Shown piece after piece: positions 60,420 through 64,000 of a stretch of DNA of 64,000 nucleotides; the stretch's first letter is position 1; each line of letters begins with the position of its first letter. Below the pieces are notes generated by a model, which was given only the letters and a program-made list of their open reading frames with translations, had not been told where the DNA came from and did not search any database. The translations under genes were made by a program, and so were the position numbers. This DNA is from an uncultured Bacillota bacterium. GTDB taxonomy: Bacteria; Bacillota_I; Bacilli_A; RFN20; CAG-288. The stretch is from positions 4,965 to 68,964 of the forward strand of contig CASDOO010000020.1 in the NCBI GenBank assembly GCA_949282275.1, written 5' to 3'.

Positions 60420-60857
60420 ATGCTGGAATACCTGAAGAAGACCGTTCTCCGCAAGAGGACTTTGGGAAACTTCCTTTCCCTTGGCGTTGCCGCTTTCCTT
60501 CTCATCCTCTCCATCGTCTATATCGCCGTCGATCCCGGTGCCCTGAAGATCACCGACTATTCCCGGACATTGGCCTTCGCCATGCTCCTTGTCGGATCCT
60601 TGCTGATGCTTTCCACGCTCTTCTATGACATCAAGATTGTCGATCGCATCATGCCTTTCGTCTCCCTCGTCTTCTACGCCATCGCCCTCGGAAGGCAGCT
60701 CTACCTGGCGGCCTACCCGATTGCCGACCTTATCACGGGCGTCAACTGGTTTGGCGGCAGCCTTCCCATCTACCTTACGATGTTCGTTCTCTTCCTACTG
60801 GCAACGGTAGTTCAGATCGTCGCGCTGTTCTTCAAGCAGACGGCGGAAGAGAAGTAG
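60420..60857 (+). CDS. Small 4-TM membrane protein
   Basis: Four hydrophobic helices; SD AAGGAGG upstream; follows the GH3 gene. Confidence 0.75.
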   Translation: MLEYLKKTVLRKRTLGNFLSLGVAAFLLILSIVYIAVDPGALKITDYSRTLAFAMLLVGSLLMLSTLFYDIKIVDRIMPFVSLVFYAIALGRQLYLAAYPIADLITGVNWFGGSLPIYLTMFVLFLLATVVQIVALFFKQTAEEK

Positions 60858-60965
60858 TTTCCTCCTTGCTTGGCCATCGGGTTGCCGGTGGCCTTCTTCA
60901 AAAGAAAAAAGGGGTGGAAGACCATAGTACAATGGCGCTTCTGCCTCTTTTACGTAGGTTGGGTC

Positions 60966-62321
60966 CTATTTTTTTTCGGCTTTCTTGGTATCGAAGGCGG
61001 CCACCAACGTGAAAAGATGATCCTGAATCTTGTAGGTCAAGGTGCCGTGATGCTTCTCGACGATGAAACGGATGCTCTTGGAGCCGTAACCATGGTTGGA
61101 GCCGTCTCCCTTGCTGGAGAGCGGGAGGCCGTCTTCGCCGAGATGGACCTTGCCTTGGAAGAAGTTGGTGATGTCCAGGATCGCCAGTCCATAGTCCATA
61201 CGCAAGGTGCAGTCGATGATGCGCTTTTCCTCGGGAAGGGTGGAAACGGCTTCAATGGCGTTGGAAAGGGCGTTTCCGACAAGGGAATAGACGTCTGTCG
61301 GGTCCATGAAGGAGAGGAGTCTTCCGTCGCAGAGGGCGCTTAGCCGGATCTTCTTCGTGTTGCAAAGAAGCTTCTTCTCATAGAGGATGGCGTCAAGGAC
61401 GTCCAGACCCGTCTTGATCGTGGAGTCGTAGATCCGCGTCGCTTCCTTGAAGGAGGAAAGCTCGTCTTTGGTAAGTCGGTCTCCGATCTCGTCCAGCCGG
61501 TGGCGCAGATCGTGACACTTGGCATTGATGACGTCGGTGGAAAGGCGGAGGTTATCGAACTGCTCCTTCTCCTGGCGGAAGATCTGGGTAAGGACGAACT
61601 TCTCCTCCTCTTCCTGGCTCTGGAAAAGAATGCCGGTCCTCAGGGTCAGGATCATGATGCTGATGATGCAGGCGAAGACCTTGATGATGATCGTCAGCGT
61701 CCAGCTTTCGGTCTGATAGGGGTCGGAAAAGGAAAAGAGAAAGTTCGTCAGAAGGCCGGATATGATGGATAGTATGAGGATGTTCCTCTTGCTTGTCCTT
61801 GTCTCGACGATGTCCTTTCTTGTGTAGAAGATAAGACCGACGAGAAGGTAGAGAAGGACATGGATCAGGAAGTAGAGGGACCAGTCCCGGTATGCGTTGT
61901 ATTCCGGGAAGAAGGACATCGAGACCTTGTCATTGACACCACAGATGTTGAGGGCCAAGGAAAAGAGCCTGTTGACCAACATGGCCGTCGCATTTGTCGA
62001 GCAGAAGGTCAAGAGCTTTTGATAGACGGTCTTGTCGTAGAGGAAAAAGACCATCAGGAACATATAGCCTGCCGTGAAAACGGCATGGAAGGCGCTTTTG
62101 GCAATCGGATAGTCGTTGAGTGTCAGGCGGATGCCGGCAAGGATGAAGGAAAGAAAGAGGCCGACGAAGGCGAAGAAGAGGACCCAAAGATGGAAGGCGC
62201 TTCTTTTCCGCGTACGGATGTTGAAAAGGAGGGTACAGAGAAACTGTTCCAGAAAGCCCGCAAGGGAAATGACGAGATGCATGCCATACTCGGGCCCGAA
62301 GGCTTCGGATATCCACAGCAT
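60966..62321 (-). CDS. GHKL sensor histidine kinase (AgrC/VirS-like)
   Basis: About 7 TM, 'CHDLRH' H-box, 'GNALSNAIEA', 'HGYGSKSI'. Confidence 0.92.
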   Translation of the reverse strand: MLWISEAFGPEYGMHLVISLAGFLEQFLCTLLFNIRTRKRSAFHLWVLFFAFVGLFLSFILAGIRLTLNDYPIAKSAFHAVFTAGYMFLMVFFLYDKTVYQKLLTFCSTNATAMLVNRLFSLALNICGVNDKVSMSFFPEYNAYRDWSLYFLIHVLLYLLVGLIFYTRKDIVETRTSKRNILILSIISGLLTNFLFSFSDPYQTESWTLTIIIKVFACIISIMILTLRTGILFQSQEEEEKFVLTQIFRQEKEQFDNLRLSTDVINAKCHDLRHRLDEIGDRLTKDELSSFKEATRIYDSTIKTGLDVLDAILYEKKLLCNTKKIRLSALCDGRLLSFMDPTDVYSLVGNALSNAIEAVSTLPEEKRIIDCTLRMDYGLAILDITNFFQGKVHLGEDGLPLSSKGDGSNHGYGSKSIRFIVEKHHGTLTYKIQDHLFTLVAAFDTKKAEKK

Positions 62322-62323
62322 GT

Positions 62324-63049
62324 CTAGTCCCTCTTTCCCTCCATATAGGTGATGACGGCTTCCTGGAAGGCCTTCTTCCGGGGTTGGGAAATGCGGAGGG
62401 TTTCTTTTTTGCCGCTGCCGACCAATACGACGAGATCATAACCGGAAATCTGAACGACATTCTTAAGATTGACAAGGTAGCAATTGTTGCATCTTGAGAA
62501 GAGCTTCGGCTGATTGATCTGCTTCTCGAAACGGTTCAGGGATTCGTAGATCTCGATGGTCTCCGTTGGCAGGTGAAGATAGAGATGGTGGCCTTTGCTT
62601 TCGACGTAGCCGATATCCCGGGGATAAATGCGCCTTCTTTCCTTTCCAACGTTGATGAGGATTGGAGCGTCGCTGTCCTCCTTCTTCAGGCGGTCCAGGA
62701 TTCTTCGGAACTTCAGCTCGAATTCGTTTTCCTCGATAGGCTTGACGAGAAAGTCGAAGGCCTGAACCTCATAGCCGGCCAAGGCGAACTGGGCCAAGGA
62801 GGTGATGAAGACGATGAGGACCGTTCTATCGCGCTGCCGGATCCTCTTTGCGGCCTCCATGCCGTCCATCATCGGCATCTTGATATCGAGGAAGATGAGG
62901 TCGAAATCGCCCGGCCAATTGTCGATGAGGAGAACAGGATTCTCATAGGAAAGGATGGAAAACTCCTTTTCCGTGTTTGCCTTCTCGATAAACTGATGGA
63001 GACGTTCCCTGTCTTTGGGGTCGTCTTCCACGATGGCAATCTTGAGCAT
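62324..63049 (-). CDS. LytTR-family response regulator
   Basis: 'IAIVEDD', 'FLDIKMP.MDG', 'FLVKP', 'SRCNNCYLVNL'. Confidence 0.93.
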   Translation of the reverse strand: MLKIAIVEDDPKDRERLHQFIEKANTEKEFSILSYENPVLLIDNWPGDFDLIFLDIKMPMMDGMEAAKRIRQRDRTVLIVFITSLAQFALAGYEVQAFDFLVKPIEENEFELKFRRILDRLKKEDSDAPILINVGKERRRIYPRDIGYVESKGHHLYLHLPTETIEIYESLNRFEKQINQPKLFSRCNNCYLVNLKNVVQISGYDLVVLVGSGKKETLRISQPRKKAFQEAVITYMEGKRD

Positions 63050-63314
63050 CTTTCTGTAACTATAGCATCTCTTACCTTGGGGACAAGAGCGAGGAGGGCT
63101 TAAAAGTTACATAAGAACAAGAGTGTCTTTGCAAAACAGATTTTGCTGTCCATTTGAAAGAGCTTTACTTCGGCTAAGGACGTAAGAAGGCCGACCGGGA
63201 ATTGCCCTTTCCACCTATGAAAATATTTTCAAAACAATTGCTATATATTGTTCTTTTAAGTATAATTTTGGGCAAAGAACAAGTGCTTTTTTCTGTTTAC
63301 TGAGGAGGCGTATC

Positions 63315-64000
63315 ATGGAAGAAAACAAGAGAATGTTCAAGGATCGCGTGACTATCTATGAGGTTGCAAAGGTTGCCGGCGTTTCCCTGGCGACGGTTTC
63401 CAGGGTCATCAACAACCACCCCAATGTCACGGAGAAGACGAAGAAGGCCGTCAAGGAGGCCATTGCCCGTCTGGGTTACAAACCTTCCGCCTTGGCACAG
63501 GGCCTTGCCAATTCCCGATCCACGAACATCGGCATCATGATTCCTTCCACCGGCTATGCCTATGTCTCCAACATGCTCGATGGCATGATCGACATCGCCA
63601 AGATCTACGGCTATGTCACCTCCATCTTCATCACCAAGAGGACCAAGGAGGATGCGGCCCAGGTTATCGAATCCCTCATCAAGAGCCATGTTGATGGCGC
63701 CGTCATCTATGACGACGAGCTTGGCACGGATGAGATCCGTTCCATCCAGAACTATCACATTCCTCTAATCGTCATCGGCCACGACATGAGCGGCGATTCC
63801 CTCGGCTCCATCATCGTCGAGTACAAGGATCCCGTCATGGATGTCGTCAAGGAACATATGCTTTCCGGCAAGGACGACGTCTACGTTCTGGATATCATCA
63901 ATGAAGGAAAGATGGTCGACGATATCCGCAACGGCCTTTCCGATTTTGCCCAGGCCAATGGAAAGCACATCAACCTTCTCAAGTTCAACGACTCCTATGG
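63315..64000 (+). CDS. ccpA: LacI-family regulator, CcpA-like (3'-truncated by window edge)
   Basis: Manual translation 'VTIYEVAKVAGVSLATVSRVINNHPNV...LGYKPSALAQGLA...GMIDIAKIYGY'; SD GAGGAGG; not in the ORF track. Confidence 0.75.
   Translation, partial: MEENKRMFKDRVTIYEVAKVAGVSLATVSRVINNHPNVTEKTKKAVKEAIARLGYKPSALAQGLANSRSTNIGIMIPSTGYAYVSNMLDGMIDIAKIYGYVTSIFITKRTKEDAAQVIESLIKSHVDGAVIYDDELGTDEIRSIQNYHIPLIVIGHDMSGDSLGSIIVEYKDPVMDVVKEHMLSGKDDVYVLDIINEGKMVDDIRNGLSDFAQANGKHINLLKFNDSY

Overview
A 64-kb chromosomal window from a Bacillota genome using genetic code 11. Gene content suggests a reduced-genome gut Bacilli lineage (inference). Housekeeping content: amino-acid and polyamine (potABCD) ABC importers, riboswitch-controlled mntP, initiator tRNA, gmk, a Y-family polymerase with a YolD-like partner, rpsF-ssb-rpsR, glyA, addBA, an ABC exporter pair, rubrerythrin, a GH3/LytTR glycoside locus and a CcpA-like regulator. 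The main candidate for an undescribed system is a tightly coupled 10-gene minus-strand operon (15912-30128). It joins a SipW-type signal peptidase and three proteins with SipW-like signal peptides (a TasA-like fibre set) to a membrane-anchored McrB-family AAA+ NTPase, an McrC/DUF2357-like partner with no visible nuclease motif, a repeat lipoprotein, an ABC exporter and a large membrane-anchored surface protein. Other notable items: a type I toxin-antitoxin-like module missed by the ORF track (~2950-3210), an orphan acyl-CoA synthetase alpha subunit paired with a tandem Lrp/AsnC-fold protein, a structured intergenic element near 32.2 kb, and three decayed AAA_14/DUF4143 ATPase copies. All family assignments come from reading motifs by eye; no database searches were run.
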